Source: Macrostomum lignano
Lineage: Eukaryota
Direction of reading: 5' to 3'
Length of the DNA: 64,000 nucleotides
Assembly (NCBI GenBank): GCA_002269645.1
Contig: NIVC01000618.1
Span: forward strand, 434,001-498,000
The notes below the pieces were generated by a model. That model was given only the letters and a program-made list of their open reading frames with translations, had not been told where the DNA came from and ran no database searches. Positions 1 through 13,776 of this stretch are shown in pieces. The position numbers and the translations under genes were made by a program. Each line of letters begins with the position of its first letter. Within the stretch, counting starts at the first letter, position 1.

Positions 1-395
1 ATTAGTTGTAGCCATTCGGTAACTGATTAGTTGTAGCCATTCGGTAACTGATTAGTTGTAGCCATTCGGTAACTGATTAGTTGTAGCCATTCGGTAACTG
101 ATTAGTTGTAGCCATTCGGTAACTGATTAGTTGTAGCCATTCGGTAACTGATTAGTTGTAGCCATTCGGTAACTGATTAGTTGTAGCCATTCGGTAACTG
201 ATTAGTTGTAGCCATTCGGTAACGGATTAGTTGTAGCCATTCGGTAACTGATTAGTTGTAGCCATTCGGTAACTGATTAGTTGTAGCCATTCGGTAACTG
301 ATTAGTAGTAGCCATTCGGTAACTGATTAGTTGTAGCCATTCGGTAACGGATTAGTTGCAGCCATTCGGTAACTGATTAGTTGTAGCCATTCGGT
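1..395. repeat. 25-bp minisatellite (about 16 copies, truncated by window start)
   Basis: ATTAGTTGTAGCCATTCGGTAACTG. Confidence 0.95.
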
Positions 396-1732
396 AATAA
401 GACATTCGACATTAAGACTGAGTCTGTCTCAAAGGAAGATTATCTGGGACAAGCCTCGTCTCAATGAAATCTCATACACTGTAGTCGCAGTCGGGCAGAC
501 CTAGGAGGTCGGCACAATGGAAGAATCTCAAGTTAAGAGGGTTTCTCGAGCATTCCGTGACTGTTCTGTAACAGCAGCATCGAAAAGCAAAGGGTCGACT
601 CATCCGTTCTCAGAGGGTGCATGCGCCTCTTCAATTATATTTGGCTTCACTATTCGATCAGATTATTTTTATCATCATTCTTTTGTTGCCGCTGCATACG
701 GCTAGCGGAGAATGGAAAGGAGATTGATGCCCCAATGCTTCTGGCCACGCCCCAACAACCAGCGGTGCCCTTACTTGCATGGCCTTTAGAAAACGTGGGC
801 GTGCGATACAGTTGTAAATAAAGCTAGCTGAGGTTTTTGGCTCGCAGCAGGTGAGCTCTGAAGTAAATATGCCGGGAGACAGTTGCTGTACAATAAAGTT
901 GGAGCACCTGCCTTTTTGCTCTCTCTCTCTCTCTTTTCTGGCTTTCTATCCGCTTCCCTATCAGCAAGGTTGCACTGCACAGCTGTGCCAACCAAAAAGC
1001 AACACCAAGTTTTTAGTGCCAACTCTTTTCTGCAACCCTTGGCTTCAATACCAGCGTAGAGAATTGAGGCATGGGCATGGTTTCTGCTTGACAAGGAGCA
1101 CTCTGTGATATTGCTGGGCCATAGTGACCTCTCGGTCACACTCTCGCTCCTCTTTCCTTCTTCCAAACTGAAATATCTGTAAGCTCTGCCTTCTTTTTCA
1201 CCAAAGCCTTGCTTCTCCACAATTTTTATTAGGCATTTCAAACCGCTTATAAGGCTGTTGTAAAATGGATTTAGTTATTTGTTTCATTCTGAAGATTAGG
1301 AGGAGTGGCTACAGAGAGGTATTGAATCCCATATATTCAATGAACTATAGTCCCTACAACTCGTACCTGCATACCGATGAAGGCACTGTACCGAATCCAC
1401 TGAGCCCCGTAACTAGCCTACAGCGAGCTGGTATGAGATTAAATTCCCCATTGCTGTAGCTTAGCTACAGAGAAATTAATTCCCCACACGCGCCTGTGCA
1501 ACACGCAGAACACGGAGGCAGCGGGGGGCTGTAGATGGAACCCCAGATCGATATGTCAAATCCGACTGGCTTTAGGGCGCGGCCCTGCCACTTTTCTCCT
1601 TCTGCTCGGCTCTGCGCGTCTCTTCCCTCATTTTGCTCACTATATGGGCTCCCGGGCTTCACGTAGGCATGGCGAAATACATTTACTATTCTCATAATTG
1701 AGGCAGCTATGATTCACTGACCTCTGCCTCTC

Positions 1733-2150
1733 CCCCTCACTCTTATCTCTCTCCCGCTACTCCTCCTCTCTCACCTCACTCTATCTCTCTCCCGCTACTC
1801 CTCCTTTCTCACCTCACTCTTATCTCTCTCCCGCTACTCCTCCTCTCTCACCTCACTCTTATCTCTCTCCCGCTACTCCTCCTCTCTCACCTCACTCTTA
1901 TCTCTCTCCCGCTACTCCTCCTCTCTCACCTCACTCTTATCTCTCTCCCGCTACTCCTCCTCTCTCACCTCACTCTTATCTCTCTCCCGCTACTCCTCCT
2001 CTCTCACCTCACTCTATCTCTCTCCCGCTACTCCTCCTTTCTCACCTCACTCTTATCTCTCTCCCGCTACTCCTCCTCTCTCACCTCACTCTATCTCTCT
2101 CTCCCGCTGCTCCTCCTCTCTCACCCCACTCTTAACTCTCTCTACTCCCA
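1733..2150. repeat. 38-39-bp pyrimidine-rich minisatellite
   Basis: TCTTATCTCTCTCCCGCTACTCCTCCTCTCTCACCTCAC. Confidence 0.92.
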
Positions 2151-3304
2151 CTCGCTCTTATTTCTCTCAAGCACTCTCTCCTTCTTCATCATATCTCCCT
2201 CGACACTCCGTCTAGCCCACTCTATACTCATCCTGTTATTGTTGATTTGGAGTTTTTGATTAGTTAAAAATACTATAGTACTCGTAGCAGTCACTATGAA
2301 GAGCTTTAAAGTCACTTTCTTCTTATGACCTCAATTTGTTTGTTGTAAGCCACGAAGTCATCGCTAGTTCGCGTGCACCAATGACAATATTCAGCTTCCT
2401 TAGTCAATAATGCAGCCAGAATATCTTCAGAGCCTCTTCAGCCCAGGCAGACAGGCAGAAGCAGAGACTGTTTTAAAGAATGCTGTTAGAAAATCACCAG
2501 GACGTCAGGAAGGAAAGACGAAAGACAAGGGAGCCAGCAAAGTGAAAGCTGGACAAAAAGACCTATTGATTTATCACTCGGCCCCCCATCTCCTGCTCTG
2601 AAGAAAATTGTTGATGCCACACAAAGGATGGAGGAAAATGATGAAGCTGAGCTGCCCCGGCCGAAAAGAGCCGCAACAAGTCTGGAGATGCTGCGGCTGA
2701 CAATGGAAATTTTTGCCTCTACCAGCCCCCCCCCCCCCCCTGTTACCTGCAATTCCCTCATTTCCACGACTGCCTAAAAATTTCTCTGCCCCATTCCATT
2801 CTCTTTGCAGCTGAACCTCAGGGCAATTTAATGCGCACATTCTCTTCTTCTGGAACACTGGGAGACGGACGAATTGCAGTAGCAGACTGGAAGCAAATCC
2901 CTCCATTCCTTCTCTTCCCCGATCAGCCATCCTCATGCTGGCTAGACGATTTCTGGGGCTCTGCTGAACTCACCGCTCTATTCGCCCGTATATTTTCCAC
3001 CTTTGCTGCTGTCGCCTTCGAGGCTGGCATCATTCATCATCTGCGGTGATGAAGAGAAACTTCATCCGGCAGAGACAGTGAAGAGCTTGTTGAGGACTTA
3101 AATCACGGATAATCTGGGAATTTATAGTCGACGAAATTACTGGAGATACAGCTAAGCCGATGCGAATCTGGTGGGAGATAGATATAGGAATGAAAATCTT
3201 TCTGCACAACTGCTTCTGTGGGGATAGAGCCCTGCATACTGGCCTCTTCTGCTGCCCAGACTGATACTAAATTTGACACTAAGCCAGACGCCTCCAGCAA
3301 AACG

Positions 3305-4715
<1,411 letters not shown>

Positions 4716-4716
4716 A

Positions 4717-4770
4717 TTTCCTTAACTCCATCGGCTACAAAAAAACCGTCGGCCGCCAAATGCCGGTCAC
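4717..4770 (+). promoter_or_regulatory. Putative U12-type branch point (TTTCCTTAAC) and AC 3' splice site
   Basis: Exact TTCCTTAAC at 4718-4726; ...TCAC|G TGG TTC GAG lies at the conserved P|WFE intron position of Cav channels. Confidence 0.6.
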
Positions 4771-5016
4771 GTGGTTCGAGCGAATCAGCATGCTGGTGAT
4801 CCTGGCCAACTGCATCACGCTGGGCATGTACCAGCCCTGCGTGGACGAAGACTGCGCGATGACGCGGTGCCGAGCGCTCAGCGGATTCGACCACGCCGTA
4901 TTCGCCTTCTTCGCCTGGGAGCTCTGCGTCAAGGTGGCGGCCATGGGATTCTGGGGCAAGCTGGGATACCTGGGCGACTCCTGGAACCGGTTGGACGGCT
5001 TCATCGTTGTTGCCGG
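4771..5016 (+). CDS. Cav3: Cav3 exon, domain I S1-S3
   Basis: [23 protein letters not shown]...[17 protein letters not shown]; donor GTAGGT at 5017. The 5' boundary assumes the AC acceptor at 4769-4770. Confidence 0.9.
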
Positions 5017-8000
5017 GTAGGTCTGGGGAAACGGGCTGGTAGCGACATCGGAGTCACCGTCAACACTCCGCATTGCAGGCTGCTGGAGTACCTGCCGCAC
5101 ACCAAGGATTTGAGCTTGACGGCTATTCGAACTATTCGAGTGCTGCGTCCGCTGCGAGCTATCAATCGAATTCCGAGTAAGTTGAGTTTAATCAGCTAAG
5201 ACGCATAGAATGACAAATGCGCTGCAGATGGAGAGGCAAGCCGATACGGCCGTACGAGTACATGCAAGTAAAATAAATAAGATGGCTATCGTTATGATAT
5301 AGCGGATTGAAGGGTTGATTGACTGACTTGATTGGTTGATTGTTTATACTATCCTAGTTAGCGCTCTTAAAGAGCTCTCAAGACGCAGCTCTATGTACAT
5401 AGCTTCATCAACGAAGAGAGACAGACGCCTTGCTGCTAATCAGATTGATTTCGGATCGGATATTTCTGCTTGCTGGAGAAAAAATAAATTGCCAGCAGAG
5501 AATGCTACAAGAGAAGAATTTTAGAGCAAGAGTATTGATCTAATTGAATCGAAATTTTGCACAAGGAAACGAAATTCTTTTGATTGCAATCAGACGGGGT
5601 GCCTAAATGCGAATAAAGCCCCCCCCCCGCTTTTACCATCACTGCAGGCATGCGGATCCTGGTGATGTTGCTGCTGGACACCCTGCCAATGCTGGGCAAC
5701 GTTCTCCTGCTCTGCTTCTTTGTGTTCTTCATCTTCGGCATCATCGGGGTGCAACTGTGGAAGGGCGTGCTCAGAAACCGCTGCTACCTTAGCCTGAATG
5801 CCAGCTACCTGCATCCCGGGTGAGCTCGACTTCCTTATCCCATCAGCTGGCTTATTTCAGGGGCTATGCGATACCGAGTTGCTTATATAGTCTATCCACC
5901 TCATGAACAATCTACCTCATAGACCTCATAGACCTCATAGGCAATCTACCTGATAGACAATCTAACTCATAGACTATATACCTCATAGAAAATCTACTCA
6001 GACAATCTACCTGATAGACTATCTACCTCAAAGACTATCCTCATACACCATCTACCTCAAAGACTATCCTCATACACCATCTACCTCAAAGACTATCCTC
6101 ATACACCATCTACCTCAAAGACTATCCTCATACACCATCCACCTCATAGACTGTCTACCTCATACGCCGAAGACAATCTGCCTCATAGGCACTCTACCTC
6201 ATAGACAATCTACCCATAGACGGATCTGATACACTTTCCAAGTTTTTTATCCCACTGATGTCCGAATACCTACTGATTACAGAGTGAACCTGACCGAGTT
6301 CTACAAGCTGAACAATAGCATCGACAACCTGGCCGGTGCAAAAGACTTCATTTGCGCGGGACACGAATCCAACGGCATGCAGCAGTGCAGTCAGATCAAC
6401 CCCACTGTCATGTGGCTGGAGGAGGGCCGCTACATCACCTGCAATCGGAGCGCCAACATAAATAGCGACAACCTGCCAACCAACACAAGCTGCGTGAATT
6501 GGAATCAGTACTATACCAATTGCAACACCACTGTGCACAATCCCTACATGAATGCAATCAACTTTGACAATATTGGCTTTGCCTGGGTGGCCATCTTTCA
6601 GGTGAGAAAGGCTTGGTCAGGTTTTGACCGTCATGTTTGGAAAAATTACGATGCTCAATCAGGGAATGACGCTCCTCAGTCAGGGGATGACGATCCTTTG
6701 TCAGAGAATGACGATCCTCTGTCAAGGAATGACGATCCTCAGTCAGGGGATGACGATCCTCAGTCAGGGAATGACGATCCTCAGTCAGGGGATGACGATC
6801 CTCAGTCAGGGGATGACGATCCTTTGTCAGGGAATGACGATCTTCTGTCAAGGAATGACGATCCTCAGTCAGGGGATGACGATCCTCAGTCAGGGGATGA
6901 CGATCCTCAGTCAGGGAATGACGATCCTCAGTCAGGAAATGACGATCCTCACTCAGGGAATGACGCTCATCAGTCAAGGAATGACGATCCTCAGTCAGGG
7001 GATGACGATCCTCTGTCAGGGAATGACGATCCTCTGTCAGGGAATGACGATCCTCTGTCAGGGGATGACGATCCTTTGTCAGAGAATGACGATCCTCTGT
7101 CAAGGAATGACGATCCTCAGTCAGGGGATGACGATCCTCAGTCAGGGGATGACGATCCTTTGTCAGGGAATGACGATCCTCAGTCAGGGGATGACGATCC
7201 TCAGTCAGGGAATGACGATCCTCTGTCAAGGAATGACGATCCTCAGTCAGGGGATGACGATCCTCAGTCAGGGGATGACGATCCTCAGTCAGGGAATGAC
7301 GATCCTCTGTCAGGGAATGACGATCCTCACTCAGGGAATGACGATCCTCACTCAGGGGATGACGATCCTCACTCAGGGGATGACGATCCTCAATCAGGAA
7401 ATGACACTCCTCAGTCAGGGATGAAGATCTTCAGACAGGGAATGACGCTCCTCAGTCAGGGATGAAGATCTTCAGACAGGGAATGACGCTCATCAGTCAG
7501 GGAATAGCCACAATTTCAGCTATTCTGGAGCTGAACTCCCAGAAAAAGTTCACAGTGACATGGTCCTTGAGACGCACGGACAGACTTTTGTCAACCCTAC
7601 AGGTAATAAAACAGATACACAATCCTAATTAGGACTTCCTGACCATCTGTGTGGGGTTCACCCCCGTCCCAGTTGTCGAAGATATTATGTGGCATTCTCT
7701 GGCGCAGCAAATATTTTAATAATGCATTGAGCGACCGGCGGAGACCGACTCCGGGACTAAGAGATCCGGACCCGGGAGTTAACAAGGATGTCCTGAGAGG
7801 TGCTGAGCCTCCTGCTCAAAAGGCTCCAGCACTTACCAGCTCATGCGATGCTAAATTATTAACCCGATTTCGCAGTGCCCAAATCTGTGCATAATGCCTC
7901 GTGGATTGGGGAGAGAATGAAGGAGGTTATACTCGGAAGAAGTGCAGAAAAGAGAAATGAGCGACATTTTGCAGGGGCTTTCAACTCCCTTGTCCCTGAT

Positions 8001-11000
8001 AGTCTCCTGCACAAAAATTACCTTCAGCTGCCTTTTTTCTGCTCCATGAACAAGCCCCTCTCTCTTAAACTCTCACTTTTACTCATTCTTTCATTTTTCA
8101 TCGAACTAATTAACAAAACTATAATTATTCTATATCTTTGTTAAACCAAATTTGAACCAGACGCGAGTTATTGCGAGTATATGGTTCAATCCGGTTTTTC
8201 ACCCCTCTGCGGTTTCTATCTCTCTACCCCTCGCTTCTGATTGGTTCTCACTTCGTTCCTTCTAGGTTGTCTCTCTTACCCTGTCTCTCCCCCGTAACCC
8301 CTTTTAACCCCTTTGTGCTTTATTATCTCTCTACCCATCGCTCGGTTCTGATTGGTTCTCACGTCGTCCCTTCTGGGTTCTCTCTCACCCTGTCTCCCCC
8401 CCCCCCTTGTCGCTCAGATCAGTTTTTTGTGCATTCTCAGCCTTCGTCATATACATGCACATGCATAGCTGAGGCTAACACTGTGTGCTATTAATCGGCT
8501 ACAGCATAAAACATGAAGCTTCAATGCGTCAATTGTGCGCAACACGATACATTTATCGCTGCCAGGTTCAACTGATTAAAAGTGAAAAGTAAAAAATCCC
8601 ATTCACCGCCTCATCAGCAATTTTACAATCAACAAAAACGCGTACAGTTACACGTCGAAAACAATTTATTTTTGCCTCGCCAAAGGTCTCAGTTTTCTGC
8701 ACGAATATTCTCATTCTGTCCCTGTATCCTGATATCCTTTTAATCAGGGCGGCCTCTTAAAAAATATCCGTATTTTCCAGCCTCACGCTCGTTCTGCCTG
8801 TACCGCCTCCCATCTGCGCCCAGGCAGATGGCCGGCCTGATGCTATTTGCAATGAAAATTCGCCCCCCGTACGCAGGCAGGTGCAAATTGTAAATCTGCT
8901 CCCCCCCCTCACACACTTCCCTGACTCAAGTTTGTGTCTCGGGTTTGACTGATAAGACAGCTTTTGTCAGGATATCCTCCATCGCCTCGAACAGATGTTA
9001 CCCAATCTTTTCTTCTACAGCTCTGAAATTCTTGCTACGGCTACTGCCGTTCCCGTCACTGCTCCTGCCATCCCGTCACTGCTCCTGCCATCCCGTCACT
9101 GCTCCTGCCATTCCCGTCACTGCTCCTGCCATCCCGTCACTGCTCCTGCCATCCCGTCACTGCTCCTGCCATTTCCGTCACTGCTCCTGCCATCCCGTCA
9201 CTGCTCCTGCCATTCTCGTCACTGCTCCTGCCATCCCGTCACTGCTCCTGCCATCCCGTCACTGCTCCTGCCATTCCCGTCACTAATCCTGCCATCCCGT
9301 CACTAATCCTGCCATCCCGTCACTGCTCCTGCCATTCCCGTCACTGCTCCTGCCATCCCGTCACTGCTCCTGCCATTTCCGTCACTGCTCCTGCCATCCC
9401 GTCACTGCTCCTGCCATTCTCGTCACTGCTCCTGCCATCCCGTCACTGCTCCTGCCATCCCGTCACTGCTCCTGCCATTCCCGTCACTAATCCTGCCATC
9501 CCGTCACTAATCCTGCCATCCCGTCACTGCTCCTGCCATTCCCGTCACTGCTCCTGCCATTCCCGTCACTGCTCCTGCCATTCTAGTCACTGCTCCTGCC
9601 ATTCCCGTCACTGCTCCTGCCATCCCGTCACTGCTCCTGCCATCCCGTCACTGCTCCTGCCATCCCGTCACTGCTCCTGCCATTCCCATCACTGCTCCTG
9701 CCATTCTCGTCACTGCTCCTGCCATTCCCGTCACTGCTCCTGCCATCCCGTCACTGCTCCTGCCATTCCCGTCACTGCTCCGTCATTCCTGCTACGGCTA
9801 CTACTATTAGCACAATCAAGTACTTGAATTATCCTTCCAGGTGATCAGTCTGGAGAGCTGGGTGGACATCATGTACTACGTGCAGGACGCGCACTCGTTC
9901 TGGGATTGGATCTACTTCGTGTCGCTCATTGTGGTGAGACTTCGATATTCGTGCCCAGCCCCGACCCCCCCCCCGAATCCGAAATGCGGGCCAAATGCAG
10001 AGCACCGAACGGTGTTATACGCGAGCTTTTTCCTTCTATTTCCAGTCGAGCTGTCCAGCAGCTGGTCCAAGGGGCAGAGAGGGTATCCGCCTACAGACCG
10101 GATTCGAGGGTTAAAGACAGAAATACATTGATTAGCTCGATACCCAGCTGCAGGATTAGCAAGCCTGCAATAGCAGAGACTTCTTGTTACACTTTATTGG
10201 AATATTGGGATTCGTAGGCGAGGGTTGGGAATGCCTAGCATCGCTGAGGTGTCAGAACTGCATTATTGAGACGGTCATGGCCTAACACCATGCCATACTT
10301 CACTCTCCTGTATTTCCACACCAATTCCTAAGCAATTTGGACAGCCAGCGCCTCTCTGAGACAGTCTCTCTCTTCCCCCCTCTCTTCACAAACCCGTAGA
10401 AAATTTGTGCAAACGGTTTCGCTGCCATGGCTTTTCAGCGGCTAGGGCAGGCTTAACACCAATTTTAATAAGTTTCTCTGCTAGGTCACGTCTCTCCCTC
10501 TCTGCTCCAATATTTCCCAGACCAGTTCTGCTCCACTAGCTGAGTGGCATCTGCAGATATATTATTGTCAGTTGATGCAGTTATTGGTTCACAGCAAGTA
10601 GTTAGGATTAGAGGAAAATTTAGTGAGATGAAGAGCGAGTAAATGTCAGGCAGTGCGGGGCAGAATTTTGAAAGGTGCAGTTTTAAATGGGAGGCATTTG
10701 CATTCCCAATATAATCAGAAAGCTTGGGAGATGAAAAATTTAATGATGGAAAACTTGGAGAATGGGAAACCTGTTCCCGTTTTAATCCTCTAAGTTTCGC
10801 ATCCTCTAAGTTTCGCATCCTCTAAGTTTCTCATCCTTCAAGTTTCCCATCCTTCAAGTTTCCCATCCTTCAAGTTTCCCATCTCCCAAATTTCCCATCC
10901 TCTAAGTTTCCCATCCTCCAAGTCTCCCATCCTCTAAGTTTCCCATCCTCCAAGTCTCCCATCCTACAAGTTTCCAATCCTCGAAGTTTCCCATCCTAAA

Positions 11001-12213
11001 AGTTTCCCGTCCTCCAAGTTTCCCATCCTCCAAGTTTCCCATCCTCCAAGTTTCCCATCCTCCAAGTTTCCCATCCTACAAGTTTCCCGTCCTCCAAGTT
11101 TCCCGTCCTCCAAGTTTCCCATCCTCCAAGTTTCCCATCCTCCAAGTTTCCCATCCTACAAGTTTCCCGTCCTCCAAGTTTCCCATCCTCCAAGTTTCCC
11201 ATCCTCCAAGTTTCCCATTCTCCAACTTTCCCATCCTCCAAGTTTCCCATCCTCCTCCTCTAAATTTCCCATCCTCCTGCTCCAAGTTTCCCATCCTCTA
11301 CATTTCCCATCTCCCAAGTTTCCCAAGAACTAAATTGTAGCGCAAACATGACGAATAAATGTAGCTAAGTTATTAACATTAATCCTAAACCCAAACACTA
11401 CGCAGATTGGATCCTTCTTCATGATCAACCTCTGCTTAGTTGTCATAGCAACGCAATTCTCCGAGACTAAGAAACGCGAAGTTGAAAAGATGCTCCAGGA
11501 GCGCAAGCGATTTCAGTCCAGCTCCACCCTGACGGACTCCAGCGAGCCGGCCTCCTGCTACGGCCAGATCGTGAAGCTGCTGGTCCGGCAGTGCAAGCGG
11601 CTCCATCGGCAGCTCAGCCTGCGCTATCGGCGCTACAGACTGGCTCGACTGCGTCAGCGCGAGGAGCAGCAGAAGATGCGACAGCAGCTGCCGCTGTTGC
11701 TGCTGCAGTCGGCTTGTCCCACTGCTACAGCAATCTTGCCGGCTACGGCTACGGCTACGGCTACGGCTACGGCTACGGCTACGGCTACGGCTATGGCAAA
11801 AGCTACTAGCCTGGCGCCGCCGCGAGCCAGTCCGGAATTTTCCGACGTCGATCCGTCGAATTCGCCTCGCCGACCGCGATTATTGGCGCTGATGCGCCGG
11901 GCATCTGTCACGGCCGTGGCGGCGGCGGCGGCGGCGGCACCGACAACGACGACTGGCGAAGGTAAAGACGCCGCTGTCGGGACGGCGATGCAGCCGGCTG
12001 GCAGTCGGCGATCCTCGTGGAACAGCTCGTCCGGCGCTACGAACACTTGGCGCCGGCTGACTCTTGGCTTCGACGAGGCAGCCGACTTTTATTGCCTCGC
12101 TTCGTCTGCCGGAGACGACGACGGAGGCGAGGGCGAGGCGAAAGCGACGGAAGCTGGGGTTGATGGTGAGCAGCTGCTATGAAGAATGTTAGACTAGTCT
12201 GTCCGGCTGTCTC

Positions 12214-12268
<55 letters not shown>

Positions 12269-13053
12269 GCCTGTCTGCCTGTCTGTCTTAGTGCCTGTCT
12301 GTCTGTCTGCCTGTCTGTCTTAGTGCCTGTCTGTCTGTCTGCCTGTCTGTCTTAGTGCCTGTCTGTCTGCCTGACTGTCTGTCTGTCAGTGTGGGATCAA
12401 AGCGCATGCAGCCAAGCGATTCAGAATTCAAGGCCAAATGAGATAAAAGTTGTTTGTATTTACTCGCTTCGGTAAAAAGTGTCGCTTCTTCATTCCCATA
12501 AGAGTTCCAACACGATGCTGTTGAGAATCAAGCCGTGATTTCCCTGGCGGAACCGCCGTCTCTGCCACTGCCGGTACTCCAATTTGGACGAGACGTAAAC
12601 ACACACACACACACACACACACGCAGTTTCTTGTCAGTAGATTCAGCAAATTGAGTCAACTTGGCTTGGATTTGGGGGACGGCCTGGGCAAAACGGGAGG
12701 AGTTTATTACTATGATTGCCACGAGGGCGTTGCTGTTCCTATTTCATATACTTTGCCTGTTGAGGAGCACAGGCGAGGTCGAAAGTAGGAAGAAGTGCGA
12801 AAAATTCGAAAATTGTAGGGGACTGATTCTCCCAAGAGTAGACTGCAAATTGCATTGCTCTCCCTTTAGAGAGTGACTCGAATTGTTCCTGGAGACAGGG
12901 TGGGGAGCAACTTTTTCTGGCGGCAATGAGAATTGGCGCAACAGAACTCATCAGGGCGCTGCGGGTTGCGTGCAGCCGAACTTTTTGGCTAACAGCTCGC
13001 CTGTCAGGACAAGGCATCCTCTGTCTGTGTGTCTGTCTGTGTGTCTGTCTGTG

Positions 13054-13084
<31 letters not shown>

Positions 13085-13377
13085 GTGTCTGTCTGTCTGT
13101 CTGTCTGTGTGTCTGTCTGTCTGTCTGTCTGTCTGTCTTAGTGTCTGTGTGTCTGTCTGTGTGTCTGTGTGTCTATCTGTGTGTCTGTCTGTGTGTCTGT
13201 CTGTCTGTCTGTCTGTGTGTCTGTCTGTGTGTCTGTCTGTGTGTCTGTCTGTGTGTCTGTCTGTGTGTCTGTCTGTGTGTCTGTCTGTCTGTGTGTCTGT
13301 CTGTGTGTCTGTCTGTGTGTCTGTCTGTGTGTCTGTCTGTCTGTCTGTCTGTGTGTCTGTCTGTGTGTCTGTCTGTG

Positions 13378-13468
<91 letters not shown>

Positions 13469-13501
13469 GTGTCTGTCTGTGTGTCTGTGTGTCTATCTGT
13501 G

Positions 13502-13536
<35 letters not shown>

Positions 13537-13645
13537 GTGTCTGTCTGTGTGTCTGTCTGTGTGTCTGTCTGTGTGTCTGTCTGTGTGTCTGTCTGTGTGT
13601 CTGTCTGTGTGTCTGTCTGTGTGTCTGTCTGTGTGTCTGTCTGTG

Positions 13646-13680
<35 letters not shown>

Positions 13681-13727
13681 GTGTCTGTCTGTGTGTCTGT
13701 CTGTCTGTGTGTCTGTCTGTGTGTCTT

Positions 13728-13776
<49 letters not shown>

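Noticed and set aside
1-395. CRISPR-like appearance of the 25-bp (and other) repeats
   Set aside because: Units are head-to-tail with no unique spacers; the context is eukaryotic and there are no cas genes.
400-3300. Short ORFs upstream of the CAGA array as the missing Cav3 first exon or a degraded transposon
   Set aside because: No similarity to the Cav3 N-terminus (xRPRxWCxxxxxNP), no ATATCCTT donor and no recognisable transposon motif; left unannotated.
6602-7465. In-frame read-through of the Cav3 turret exon into about 40 SGDDDPQ repeats (possible acidic Ca-binding truncated isoform)
   Set aside because: The 21-bp unit is stop-free in two of three + frames, so an open frame is expected by chance. 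A good donor at 6602 splices in frame to 9841.
8724-8740. U12-like donor motifs GTATCCT/ATATCCTT
   Set aside because: No coding exon ends there; the flanking Cav3 exons join in frame through ordinary GT-AG sites.
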